DNA of 22,962 nt from Frankiales bacterium (GCA_031367045.1 JANLPD010000242.1:1-22962); one strand, 5' to 3'; counted from the stretch's first letter, positions 1-8,412 are shown. Notes: generated by a model not told the origin, from the letters alone. Made by a program: numbers and translations.

Positions 1-924
1 TCCCAGGGAACTCTTAATCGTTTTCCTGATCGGGATGCGCGTCAACCGTCCATCGCACGCCCCATTGCTGTGCTCGATCAGGCCGTTCGTGATCTCACCG
101 GCCTTGTTTCCGGTTGCGATCTCGGCGCAGTTGGAGCCCTCGACGGGCGCGTTTCCCGGAGACGTGGATTCGATGATGGCTGGCGGTGCGCCGATCGTCG
201 GGCAGTCCGTGCCCTTGGCGAAGGACGGCATGCCGTTCGGGAACGGCGGGAAGAAGGCCAACGAGTGGTCGATTCCTACATCGATGTTGGTCTCGAGTCG
301 GGTGTTCACCCCGTTGACCCCTTGGCGGGGGATGTCCAGGTAGCCGAAGTCGCCGTTCGCCCGGGACGCGCAGTCGCCGGTGGTGCCGGGGTTCGCCTTC
401 AGCACCAGGTAGCCGAGTGATTGACAGATGGTGAGTCCGAACGGGAGCAAGCGACCCGGCGAACGGATCTCGACCTTCGCGCCCGCCGCCGTATAGCCCT
501 TGGAGAACCCGAAGATGGCCCCAAGCCCGATGTCCACCTGCTGATCGGGCACCTTGACGTCGATGGTCGTGCCGTCCGCAGAGATCACGACTGTCTTTCC
601 GTCGGCCGTACCGCCGCTCGAACAGCTTGCCGACGCGATGCCGTAGTCGGTGGCGCCGGGCTTGTTGTCGTTCAGGTAGTCGACTGCCTTCACACAGGCG
701 AGGACGCGCTGACTGGGCAACTGCTGGGCGCCAGAAAGGGCGGCCAGGTCCGCCGACGTCTGCGACTCGCGGCGCACGCTATAGAGGTGGCCGATGTCGA
801 CAGCGAGTGCTCCGATGCCGAAAAGTGCCAAGGCTGCCGCCGCGACGAGGATCGCTACGGCGCCGTCGTCGTCCCGGAGTCGACGAAATGGATTTACGGG
901 ACGGGGGGATAGAAAGGTCTTCAC
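1..924 (-). CDS. TadG-like Flp-pilus assembly pseudopilin, 5' part only (gene runs off window start)
   Basis: Manual translation of minus strand from GTG at 924 (GTGA overlap with the stop of the upstream TadE gene): VKTFLSPRPVNPFRRLRDDDGAVAILVAAAALALFGIGALAVDIGHLYSVRRESQTSADLAALSGAQQL... This is the classic TadG/TadE-like N-terminus (RRLRDxxGAVA + hydrophobic helix + AVDxG). The frame stays open to position 1. Not listed in the ORF track because no stop lies inside the window. Confidence 0.7.
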   Translation of the reverse strand, partial: MKTFLSPRPVNPFRRLRDDDGAVAILVAAAALALFGIGALAVDIGHLYSVRRESQTSADLAALSGAQQLPSQRVLACVKAVDYLNDNKPGATDYGIASASCSSGGTADGKTVVISADGTTIDVKVPDQQVDIGLGAIFGFSKGYTAAGAKVEIRSPGRLLPFGLTICQSLGYLVLKANPGTTGDCASRANGDFGYLDIPRQGVNGVNTRLETNIDVGIDHSLAFFPPFPNGMPSFAKGTDCPTIGAPPAIIESTSPGNAPVEGSNCAEIATGNKAGEITNGLIEHSNGACDGRLTRIPIRKTIKSSLG

Positions 925-1373
925 GGCGTCACCGTTCCGCTGCAGTCGGGCCACGACGCTTCGTTGCGCTCCAGCCGCGCGAACCCGGTTTGGGAAGATT
1001 TGCCAGAGATGAACGGCACGAAGGGAAAGCCTAATTTGGTGGGCGTGAAGACGATGACCACCGAAACTTTCTCGCCAACTGTGCGTCCATTGGGGTAGCT
1101 CAACTGGTACTGGTAGCCGGAGCTGAGCCCAGTGACCTTCGCCTTGACCCCAGCCGTGTAGAGGTTGCAGTCCGGGATGCCAACGACGGCCAGCCGGGCC
1201 GCCTCGCGCGACCCGGCTGCGGCCGACTGGGACTCGTAGAAGTAGAAGCCGTACTGGATGATGCTGAAAACGAGCGTGAGCAGCAGGACGGACACCAGGG
1301 CGAACTCGACGGCGGCTGCGCCTTCCTGCCCGCGGTTGCGGCTGCTCACGTTCACTCCCCCCGGCCATCCCAC
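921..1373 (-). CDS. TadE-like Flp pilus assembly minor pilin
   Basis: 150-aa ORF. N-terminus GAAAVEFALVSVLLLTLVFSIIQYGFYFY is the TadE signature (AAVEFAL + hydrophobic helix). GTG start at 1373. Stop TGA overlaps the GTG start of the downstream TadG-like gene (GTGA). Local GC is markedly lower than in the rest of the window. Confidence 0.8.
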   Translation of the reverse strand: MGWPGGVNVSSRNRGQEGAAAVEFALVSVLLLTLVFSIIQYGFYFYESQSAAAGSREAARLAVVGIPDCNLYTAGVKAKVTGLSSGYQYQLSYPNGRTVGEKVSVVIVFTPTKLGFPFVPFISGKSSQTGFARLERNEASWPDCSGTVTP

Positions 1374-1495
1374 TTGTCAACGACCTTGGAACCCCATGTC
1401 GCTGTGCGCAACCAATTCTGCCGTACGCGTCGCGCTTTGTCTGCCAGATCGGGCTTCCGACGACCCGCGAGCCAAAGCATCGTCACGAACTGGAT

Positions 1496-2998
1496 CTAAC
1501 CTGACGCAACGGTGGAGACAACCCCGAAACGGACGAAAGAATCGTCCCAGGCGGAGAAGCTCCTGCGCAAAGACAAGCAGGATACGGCTACCGAGGCCAA
1601 GGCGAGCGCGGCGCCGACCTGCCAGACGCCGCTCGCCGCCGCCCCCACGAACGCCAGTCCGAGCAAGGTGGTCGAGGTCGCGAGGCGCAGGGAGTAGACC
1701 GCCATGGTGCCAGGAGGTGCGGGTACATCGCGGGTCCCACGCAGGTCGGCGCGGTGCGGATAGCGCACGGACAGGTGCAGGCAGGTGGCGACCACGAGCA
1801 GGCTGCAGGCGATCAGGCTCCCGAGAAGGGCGACCAGCTCGGCGAGGGTAGGCACCCCCGGAGCACGCAAGGAGGCGATCAGAAGGGCGACGACGACCGC
1901 TCCGACGCTCGTCTCGGCGGTGACGAGGCACTTCGAAGTGGCGGTGCGCATCGGGTCGTGCGGCTGGGTGGCCAGCCAGATCGAGCCTGCGGCGTCCAGG
2001 CAGAAGGCATTGACGCCGAACAGCAGCGCGGCGCCGGCCGCGACCAGGCCGGGGAGCAGGGCCAGCGACTGCCAGTTGACGGCGGCGCTGGCTGCTACGG
2101 CGCCGGGGAGCAGCGCCAGGACCAGGGCGCCGCGGCGCAGGGCGGGCGAGCGCCAGACGCTGCGTCGGTCCACGGCGAGCAGCGCGCGCAGCTCGGTCGG
2201 CGGGGACTCCCGGCGCCGTCGATGACGGGACACCGCACCACCGGCAGTGCCCCGCGGGCGGCGGAGCGCCCAGCTGCAGAGGCGGACCCCCAGGACGGCG
2301 AAGACGACGGCGGCAAGCAGCAGGATGGTTGTGACGGTGGCCCACCCGGTGAAGTGACCTTGTGAGACCTGACGGCTGGCGATGACGACGGAGCTCGTCG
2401 GTGAACTGTCCAGGATGTCGACGAACCAGCCGGCCCGGACCACCACGGCGGCTGCTACCACCAGGACCGCCAGCATTGCCCAGGTGACCTGCCGCCCTCC
2501 TCTGGTCTGCCGGACTCCGACCACGCCCCAGGCCACGGCCTGGCCGAGGACGGTGACCATCGTGACGTACGCGCCCGCGGTGACGATGGAGAGCAGGACC
2601 AGCGGGCTGCGTTCGGCCGACGCGCCGGTCACCCCGATCAGCGCGATCACCTGGGTGGTCCAGGCCAGGTTCAGCGGCGCCACAAGCAGCGAAGCCGTGA
2701 AGGTGGTGCGGGGGCGAAGCGGGAAGGCGACCAGTTGCTCCTCAGGGAAAAGCTCCGCTCCGCCGCCAGCGCCGAGTGGGGAGACGATGGCGAGCAGCGC
2801 GAACCCGAGGAACAGCGACGGGGCGAGCAGTAGCAGGTCGAAGGCGAGCCGCCGGCCAGACAGCACCTGGCCACCCAGGGCGGCCAGGACCAACAGGACC
2901 GGCAGGCCCGCCGCGAGCACCAGCAGACCGGCCCGCACCCGGCGGTCGCGGACCATCTGCCACCGCAGCCCGACGAGGGCGCGCAGCTGCCCCCCCAC
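1496..2998 (-). CDS. Polytopic integral membrane protein of unknown function (about 500 aa, many TM helices)
   Basis: Long minus-strand ORF. It is highly hydrophobic with L/A/V-rich helices separated by R-rich loops, consistent with positive-inside topology. The opposite-strand frames are G/D/Q/R-rich nonsense. The start lies 6 nt downstream of the fadD15 stop, suggesting co-transcription. No family could be assigned by eye. Confidence 0.6.
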   Translation of the reverse strand: MGGQLRALVGLRWQMVRDRRVRAGLLVLAAGLPVLLVLAALGGQVLSGRRLAFDLLLLAPSLFLGFALLAIVSPLGAGGGAELFPEEQLVAFPLRPRTTFTASLLVAPLNLAWTTQVIALIGVTGASAERSPLVLLSIVTAGAYVTMVTVLGQAVAWGVVGVRQTRGGRQVTWAMLAVLVVAAAVVVRAGWFVDILDSSPTSSVVIASRQVSQGHFTGWATVTTILLLAAVVFAVLGVRLCSWALRRPRGTAGGAVSRHRRRRESPPTELRALLAVDRRSVWRSPALRRGALVLALLPGAVAASAAVNWQSLALLPGLVAAGAALLFGVNAFCLDAAGSIWLATQPHDPMRTATSKCLVTAETSVGAVVVALLIASLRAPGVPTLAELVALLGSLIACSLLVVATCLHLSVRYPHRADLRGTRDVPAPPGTMAVYSLRLATSTTLLGLAFVGAAASGVWQVGAALALASVAVSCLSLRRSFSAWDDSFVRFGVVSTVASG

Positions 2999-3004
2999 GC
3001 TGGC

Positions 3005-4861
3005 CTACTTGGGGGAGCCGGCGTAGAGGGCGTCGACCTCGGCCTTGAACTCCAGCATCACCACTGCGCGCTTGAGCTTGAGCGAGGGCGTCATCTGGCC
3101 ACCCTCCTCGGTCCAGTCCACCGGCAGGATCGCGTACTTGCGGATCGCCTCGGCCTTGGACACCGCCTTGTTGGCCTCGTCGACGGCGGCCTGCACCTCG
3201 GCGCGCAGGTCCGGGTCGTCGACGAGGGCGGCGATGTCAGCCGGCTTGCCCTTGGCGGCTGCCCACGGGCCGATGGCGTCGACGTCGATGGTGACGAGGC
3301 AGGCGATGAACGCCTGCTGGTCGCCGACGACCATGCACTGGCTGACCAGCCGGTGGGCGCGCAGGCGGTCCTCGAGGACGGCGGGGGCGACGTTCTTGCC
3401 GCCGGCCGTGACGATGAGCTCCTTCTTGCGGCCGGTGATCTTGACGAAGCCCTCGTCGTCGATGTCGCCGATGTCGCCGCTGTGGAACCAGCCGTCGCCC
3501 ATGCTCTCCTGCGTAGCGGCCTCGTTGTGCCAGTAGCCGCGGTAGACGTGATCACCGGTCATGAGGATCTCGCCGTCGTCCGCGATGCGGACGGCGACAC
3601 CGGGGGCGGGCCGCCCGACGGTGCCGATCTTCTGGTGGGCCGGCGTGTTGATGGTGCCGGCGGCGGTGGTCTCGGTCAGCCCGTAGCCCTCCAGGATCGT
3701 CACGCCGATGCCGCGGAAGAAGTGCCCGAGGCGGGCGCCAAGGGGCGCGCCGCCGGAGACCGCCCAAGCGACCTTGCCGCCGAGGGCGGCCCGGAGCTTG
3801 GAGTAGACCAGCTTGTCGAACAAGCCGTGCTGCAGCTTCAACGGCAGGCCGACCTTGCCCTGGTCGAGGGCCTCGGAGTAGGCGATGGCCACTGCCTCGG
3901 CGCGGTCGAAGATGGCTCCCTTGCCGTCGGCGTGGGCTTTCTGCTTGGCGGTGTTGTAGACCTTCTCGAACACGCGCGGGACCGACAGGATGAAGGTCGG
4001 CTGGAAGGTGGCGAAGTCGGGCAGCAGGTTCTTGATGTCGGACGTGTGACCCATCCGGGCGCGGCTCTCGACGCAGCACACCTGGATCAGCCGGCCCAAG
4101 ACGTGCGCGAGCGGCAGGAAGAGCAGCGTAGAGCCCGGCGCGTTGAACCGCTCGGGCAGCACGACGCTGGCCGAGCGGCCGGTGCCGAGCAGGTTGGCGT
4201 GGGTGAGCTCGCAGCCCTTGGGGCGCCCGGTGGTGCCCGACGTGTAGATGATGGTTGCGAGGCTGTCGCGGTTGGTCGCAGCGCGGCGCTCCGCGAGTGC
4301 GGACGCCGGCACCTCACGCCCGGCTGCGGCGAGCTCTTCGAGGCCGCCTGCGTCGATCTGCCAGGTGCTCCTGACCCCCGGCAGCTGCCCGACGACCTCG
4401 TCGTAGGTCTTCTGGTTGCCGACGCTCTCCAGGATCAACGCGACGGCCCCCGAGTCACCCAGGTTCCACTGGACCTGCTCGGCGGAGGAGGTTTCGTAGA
4501 CGGGGACCGTCACCGCACCGGCGGTCCAGATTGCGTAGTCGCACAGCGTCCACTCATAGCGGGTCTTGCTCATGAGGCCGACGCGGTCCCCGGCCTGCAC
4601 GCCGTTGGCGACCAGCCCTGCCGCGAGCGCCTTCACCTCGGTCGCGAACTCCTTGGCGGTGACCGGCGCCCACCGACCGTCGACCTTGCGGGTGAACACC
4701 GCCGCGTCAGGGTCGGACTGGGCGTGCGTGAACACCGCATCGGTCAGCGTCGCGTCCGGCGGCAGCTGGACCACCTGCGGGGTCGTGAACTCCTTCACCA
4801 GCGGCTCCCAGACACGGGGGCGCAACACTGCGTGCGCCGTCACACGAGCGGACGTCGTCAA
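3005..4861 (-). CDS. fadD15: Long-chain-fatty-acid--CoA ligase (AMP-dependent synthetase/ligase), FadD15-like
   Basis: 618 aa. Motifs IYTSGTTGRPKG (AMP-binding P-loop), YGLTETT, GDIGDIDDEGFVKITGRKKELIVTAGGKNVAPAVLED and a K-rich C-terminus. Strong recalled similarity to M. tuberculosis FadD15 (Rv2187) along the whole length. TTG start at 4861. Confidence 0.9.
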   Translation of the reverse strand: MTTSARVTAHAVLRPRVWEPLVKEFTTPQVVQLPPDATLTDAVFTHAQSDPDAAVFTRKVDGRWAPVTAKEFATEVKALAAGLVANGVQAGDRVGLMSKTRYEWTLCDYAIWTAGAVTVPVYETSSAEQVQWNLGDSGAVALILESVGNQKTYDEVVGQLPGVRSTWQIDAGGLEELAAAGREVPASALAERRAATNRDSLATIIYTSGTTGRPKGCELTHANLLGTGRSASVVLPERFNAPGSTLLFLPLAHVLGRLIQVCCVESRARMGHTSDIKNLLPDFATFQPTFILSVPRVFEKVYNTAKQKAHADGKGAIFDRAEAVAIAYSEALDQGKVGLPLKLQHGLFDKLVYSKLRAALGGKVAWAVSGGAPLGARLGHFFRGIGVTILEGYGLTETTAAGTINTPAHQKIGTVGRPAPGVAVRIADDGEILMTGDHVYRGYWHNEAATQESMGDGWFHSGDIGDIDDEGFVKITGRKKELIVTAGGKNVAPAVLEDRLRAHRLVSQCMVVGDQQAFIACLVTIDVDAIGPWAAAKGKPADIAALVDDPDLRAEVQAAVDEANKAVSKAEAIRKYAILPVDWTEEGGQMTPSLKLKRAVVMLEFKAEVDALYAGSPK

Positions 4862-4938
4862 CCTACTCCCGGCCCGCTGGTCTCCGGGACACGTTCGGAA
4901 AGGTCAAGAACCATGGTGCGCATGCCGAACCCCTCCGG

Positions 4939-5442
4939 GTGGATCTCACCATGACCTCGGTTGCCGGGAACCCCAGTTCTGCCACAGGAGACGCGGCCGT
5001 GGGGCAGTGCCCCGCCTGCGGAGCCGCGTTACGCCCAGGTGCGCCCTGGTGCACGCTCTGCTACGCCGACTTTCGCCCCGCGCCGGTCGAGTTGCCGATT
5101 GAGTTGCCGATTGAGTTGCCGGTCGAGCCGGCGGTCGCAGTTGCGGCGTACGACCCGCTGACGGATCCGGCGTCTCCAGCGCCGGGCGACGCGAAGGTCG
5201 AGGACGTCCCAAGCTGGCCGTGCAGCAGCTGCGGCAGCCCGAACAGCATCGAGCTGTCCACCTGCGGCTCATGCGGTGCCGGCTTTCTGGCCTCGATCGC
5301 GGACAGTGCCGGGCCCACGCTGGTGCTGCCCGTGATCGGCGACGTCATGGGCCTTTCCAAGAGCCAGCGGATGGCCCTGGCATTGGGCGCGGTACTGGTG
5401 GTCGTGGCTCTCACCCTGCTGGCAGGCCTGCTGCTCGGCTGA
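4939..5442 (+). CDS. Double zinc-ribbon domain protein with C-terminal transmembrane helix
   Basis: Two CxxC...CxxC ribbons (CPACGA..CTLC and CSSCGS..CGSCG). The C-terminal hydrophobic segment ALALGAVLVVVALTLLAGLLLG marks a TM helix. Contains an in-frame ELPI repeat. Start is GTG at 4939 or ATG at 4951. The position corresponds to the small conserved hypothetical next to fadD15 in mycobacteria. Confidence 0.6.
   Translation: MDLTMTSVAGNPSSATGDAAVGQCPACGAALRPGAPWCTLCYADFRPAPVELPIELPIELPVEPAVAVAAYDPLTDPASPAPGDAKVEDVPSWPCSSCGSPNSIELSTCGSCGAGFLASIADSAGPTLVLPVIGDVMGLSKSQRMALALGAVLVVVALTLLAGLLLG
5089..5124 (+). repeat. In-frame 12-nt tandem repeat (gagttgccgatt x2 + gagttgccggtc) encoding ELPIELPIELPV inside the zinc-ribbon gene
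   Basis: Direct reading of sequence 5089-5124. Three consecutive 12-nt units, 34/36 identical. Confidence 0.7.
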
Positions 5443-5518
5443 GGTCTGGCCTACCTGTGCGATGTGGAGGCGCGGCGCTTCGGGCGCTAGCCTTCGGGCC
5501 TGACCCGAGGAGGACCGC

Positions 5519-5956
5519 GTGGCCGACCAGGCGAGCTCGACAATCATGATCGACGCACCGGTGGACGAGGTGCTCGGGGTGATCGCGGACATCGGCAGCT
5601 ATCCCGAGTGGACGGGTCAGATCAAGAGCGCCGAGGTGGTCGAGGCCGGCCCTGACGGGCGTCCCCAGCAGGCGAGGTTCGTCATGGATGCCGGTGTGCT
5701 CAAGGACGAGTACGTCCTGGAGTACACCTGGTCCGACACCGGCGTGCAGTGGCAGCTGGTCGGCAAGAGCACTGTGCAGAAGTCGCAGGTCGGCTCCTAC
5801 GCGCTTGCCACGAAGGGCGACAGCACCGAGGTGACCTACCGGCTGGCTGTCGACATCGCCATGCCGATGCTCGGGATGTTCAAGCGCAAGGCCGAGAAGA
5901 TGATCATGGACTCCGCGCTGAAGGAGCTCAAGAAGCGCGTCGAGTCGACCCGCTGA
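5519..5956 (+). CDS. SRPBCC-family protein (polyketide cyclase/dehydrase-like, TB16.3/Rv2185c-like)
   Basis: 145-aa ORF. GTG start with GAGGAGGA Shine-Dalgarno 5 nt upstream. Motif YPEWTGQIKSAEV is typical of the SRPBCC ligand-binding fold. Conserved position immediately upstream of the ArsA-like ATPase. Confidence 0.8.
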   Translation: MADQASSTIMIDAPVDEVLGVIADIGSYPEWTGQIKSAEVVEAGPDGRPQQARFVMDAGVLKDEYVLEYTWSDTGVQWQLVGKSTVQKSQVGSYALATKGDSTEVTYRLAVDIAMPMLGMFKRKAEKMIMDSALKELKKRVESTR

Positions 5957-5960
5957 GCGC

Positions 5961-7148
5961 ATGAGGGTCCTGCTCTTCACGGGCAAGGGTGGCGTCGGAA
6001 AGACGACGGCCGCAGCGGCGACGGCTGCCCTCGTGGCGGCCCGCGGCCAGCAGGTCCTTGTCCTGTCGACCGATACGGCGCACTCGCTGGCCGACGCCCT
6101 GGACGTCCCCCTCGGTGCGGAGCCGACCGAGGTGCACGGCGGGCTCTACGGGATGCAGGCCGACGCACAGGGCGCCTTCGAGCGCAGCTGGCGGGAGGTC
6201 CAGGGCTACCTGCTGGCCGTCCTGGAGCGAGCCGGCGTCGACGCGCTGCAGGCCGAGGAGCTCACCGTCCTGCCCGGCGCCGAGGAGGTACTGGCCCTGC
6301 TCGAGGTCAAGCGCCAGGTCGTCTCCGGCCGGTGGGACGTCGTCGTCGTCGACTGCGCACCCACCGGGGAGACGCTGCGGTTGCTCGCCCTGCCCGAAGC
6401 CCTCCAGTGGTACGTCGACAAGGTCTTCCCGGCGCAGCGTCGGGCCTTCCGGGCCATCCGCCCGCTGCTGTCGCGTGTCGGCGGCCCGGCCGTCCCGGCT
6501 GACTCGGTCTTCGCTGCCGTCGAGCGGCTGCACGGCGAGCTTGCCGAGGTCCGCGCGCTGCTGACGTCGCCGCAGGCCTCGGTGCGCCTGGTCCTCACCC
6601 CCGAGGCAGTGGTCGTGGCCGAGGCCCGGCGCACCCTTACCTCCCTCGCGCTCTACGGCTACCGGGTCGACGGGCTCATCGCCAACCGCGTCTTCCCGGA
6701 CTCACCGACGGACCCTTTCCTTGCGGGATGGGCCGCAGCCCAAGAGGAACAGCTCACCGGCGTACGCCGTGATGCCGCCCCGCTACCTGTTCTGCTGTCG
6801 CCGTACTGCACCGCCGAGCCGGTCGGGTTGAAAGCGCTCACTGCTTTCGGCGCCGCGCTCTACGGCGACGACGACCCGGTCGCGGCGGCGCCGCAAGCCG
6901 ATGAGCTGGTGCAGGTCGCGCGCACGACCGACGGCTTCCTGCTGTCGCTGGCACTGCCACTCGCGCGCCGCGAGGACCTCGATCTGGCCCGGAGCGGCGA
7001 CGAGCTCGTCGTGACCGTCGCCGGGCACCGCCGCGTTCTTGCGCTGCCGAGCGCCCTCCAGCGCTGCCTCGTCGCGGGGGCGTCCCTGTCCGAGGGGCGG
7101 CTGGCCGTGCGGTTCGAGCCCGACCCGGATGTCTGGATGAGGACATGA
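5961..7148 (+). CDS. ArsA/Get3-family P-loop ATPase with C-terminal HSP20-like domain (not in an ars operon)
   Basis: N-terminal deviant Walker A FTGKGGVGKTTAAAATA and the TDTAHSL motif. 395 aa. Starts 4 nt after the SRPBCC stop. Its stop overlaps the next start (ATGA). Confidence 0.9.
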   Translation: MRVLLFTGKGGVGKTTAAAATAALVAARGQQVLVLSTDTAHSLADALDVPLGAEPTEVHGGLYGMQADAQGAFERSWREVQGYLLAVLERAGVDALQAEELTVLPGAEEVLALLEVKRQVVSGRWDVVVVDCAPTGETLRLLALPEALQWYVDKVFPAQRRAFRAIRPLLSRVGGPAVPADSVFAAVERLHGELAEVRALLTSPQASVRLVLTPEAVVVAEARRTLTSLALYGYRVDGLIANRVFPDSPTDPFLAGWAAAQEEQLTGVRRDAAPLPVLLSPYCTAEPVGLKALTAFGAALYGDDDPVAAAPQADELVQVARTTDGFLLSLALPLARREDLDLARSGDELVVTVAGHRRVLALPSALQRCLVAGASLSEGRLAVRFEPDPDVWMRT

Positions 7149-7477
7149 GCGAGCACCCGCACGTCGGGACCGCAGCGGAGGAGGCGGCCAAGCTGTTCTC
7201 CGCCGTCGAGCACTGGGCCCGCACCCGCGGCGGACGACTGTTCGACGACGAGCACCTCGCGACCGGCTCGCCGGAGTGCCAGAGTTGTCCGATCTGTCAG
7301 GGCCTCGGGCTGCTGCGCCAGGTACGCCCGGAGACCGTGGAGCACCTGCTCGAGGCGACGTCCTCTTTGGTCGCCGCACTGAAGGCGGCCTTGCTCGGTC
7401 CGAGCGCATCGGCGGCCGCTCCGGCGTCGTCCAAGGTGGAGCACATCGAGGTTCAGGGGGAAGACGAATGGCGCTGA
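7145..7477 (+). CDS. Small conserved hypothetical protein with CxxCxxC motif (110 aa)
   Basis: ATGA overlap with the ArsA stop. Its 3' end overlaps the glucokinase start by 10 nt. Contains ECQSCPICQG. Opposite-strand frames are junk. Occupies the slot of the small ORF that precedes glkA in Streptomyces and Rv2183c in mycobacteria (homology not verified). Confidence 0.6.
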   Translation: MSEHPHVGTAAEEAAKLFSAVEHWARTRGGRLFDDEHLATGSPECQSCPICQGLGLLRQVRPETVEHLLEATSSLVAALKAALLGPSASAAAPASSKVEHIEVQGEDEWR

Positions 7478-8412
7478 CCATTGGGGTGGACGTGGGGGGG
7501 ACCAAGGTCGCTGCAGGCGTCGTCGACGAGGACGGCACCATCTTGGCGAGCATGCGGCGCCCGACGCCGAGCGCCTCTCCGCTGCACGTCGAGGAGACGA
7601 TCGCGGCCATCGTCGCCGACCTGCGGGCGGAGCACGAGATCGAGGCCGTGGGCATCGGTGCCGCCGGCCTCATCGACGCCGACCGGGCAAAGGTGCTCTT
7701 CGCCCCCAACCTGATCTGGCGCGATGAGCCGCTGCGCGACGAGGTGGCCAAACGGATCGGGCTGCCCGTCGTCGTGGAGAACGACGCCAACTGCGCCGCG
7801 TGGGCGGAGTACCGCTTCGGGGCCGGCGCGGGCGAGCCCTTTCTGGTGGTGGTGACGGTCGGCACGGGGATCGGCGGGGGCATGGTCCTGGGCGGCCAGC
7901 TCTACCGTGGCCGCTACGGGGTGGGAGCGGAGTTTGGCCACATGCAGGTCGTGAAGGACGGTCGGCGCTGCGGGTGCGGACAGAAGGGCTGCTGGGAGCA
8001 GTACTGCTCCGGCCGGGCGCTCCTGCACGAGGCGCGCGAGATCGCCGACGTACAGCGGCAGCGCGGCGCGCGGCTGCTCGAGCTCGGCGGCGGCCAGCCG
8101 GAGGGCATCGAGCCGCCGGAGGTGACGCAGGCAGCGCGCGAGGGTGACAAGGCAGCGTTGGCCTGCTTCGCCGAGATCGGCTGGTGGCTCGGCCGCGGGC
8201 TCGCCGACCTGGCCGCGTTGCTCGACCCTGGCGTCTTCGTCATCGGCGGCGGTGTCGCCGACGCCGGTGACCTGCTGCTCGACCCGGCCCGGGCCGCCTT
8301 CGCCGATCAGCTGACCGCGACCTCCTATCGGACCCACGCCGAGATCCGCCCGGCCAAGCTCGGCAACGAGGCGGGCATGGTCGGCGCGGCCGACCTCGCC
8401 CGGCTGCGCTGA
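7468..8412 (+). CDS. glkA: ROK-family glucokinase
   Basis: MALTIGVDVGGTKVAAGVVDEDG is the ROK N-terminal ATP-binding motif. Zn-binding motif region CGCGQKGCWEQYCSGRAL. About 314 aa. ATG at 7468 is preceded by GGGGGAAG. The ORF-track extension back to 7276 is an upstream in-frame read-through. Confidence 0.85.
   Translation: MALTIGVDVGGTKVAAGVVDEDGTILASMRRPTPSASPLHVEETIAAIVADLRAEHEIEAVGIGAAGLIDADRAKVLFAPNLIWRDEPLRDEVAKRIGLPVVVENDANCAAWAEYRFGAGAGEPFLVVVTVGTGIGGGMVLGGQLYRGRYGVGAEFGHMQVVKDGRRCGCGQKGCWEQYCSGRALLHEAREIADVQRQRGARLLELGGGQPEGIEPPEVTQAAREGDKAALACFAEIGWWLGRGLADLAALLDPGVFVIGGGVADAGDLLLDPARAAFADQLTATSYRTHAEIRPAKLGNEAGMVGAADLARLR

Noticed and set aside
35-1034. Plus-strand ORFs 35..343, 70..420, 421..912, 627..1034, 794..1012
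   Set aside because: R/G/A-rich low-complexity translations typical of wrong-frame or antisense reading in high-GC DNA. The minus strand carries a clean TadG-like protein with a canonical N-terminal motif.
1374-1495. Search for a small Flp pilin gene between TadE and the membrane protein
   Set aside because: There is no ORF of suitable length with a G/XXXXEY prepilin motif on either strand in this 122-bp gap.
1258-2365. ORFs 1258..1851(+), 1377..2345(-), 1754..2365(+), 1785..2225(+), 2095..2316(-)
   Set aside because: Arg/Pro/Gly-rich or G/D/Q-rich nonsense, antisense to or out of frame with the hydrophobic 500-aa membrane protein ORF.
7276-7467. N-terminal extension of the glucokinase ORF (track start 7276)
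   Set aside because: ROK glucokinases begin at the MxxxIGxDxGGT motif. ATG at 7468 has a G-rich Shine-Dalgarno, and the extension overlaps the upstream small gene in another frame.
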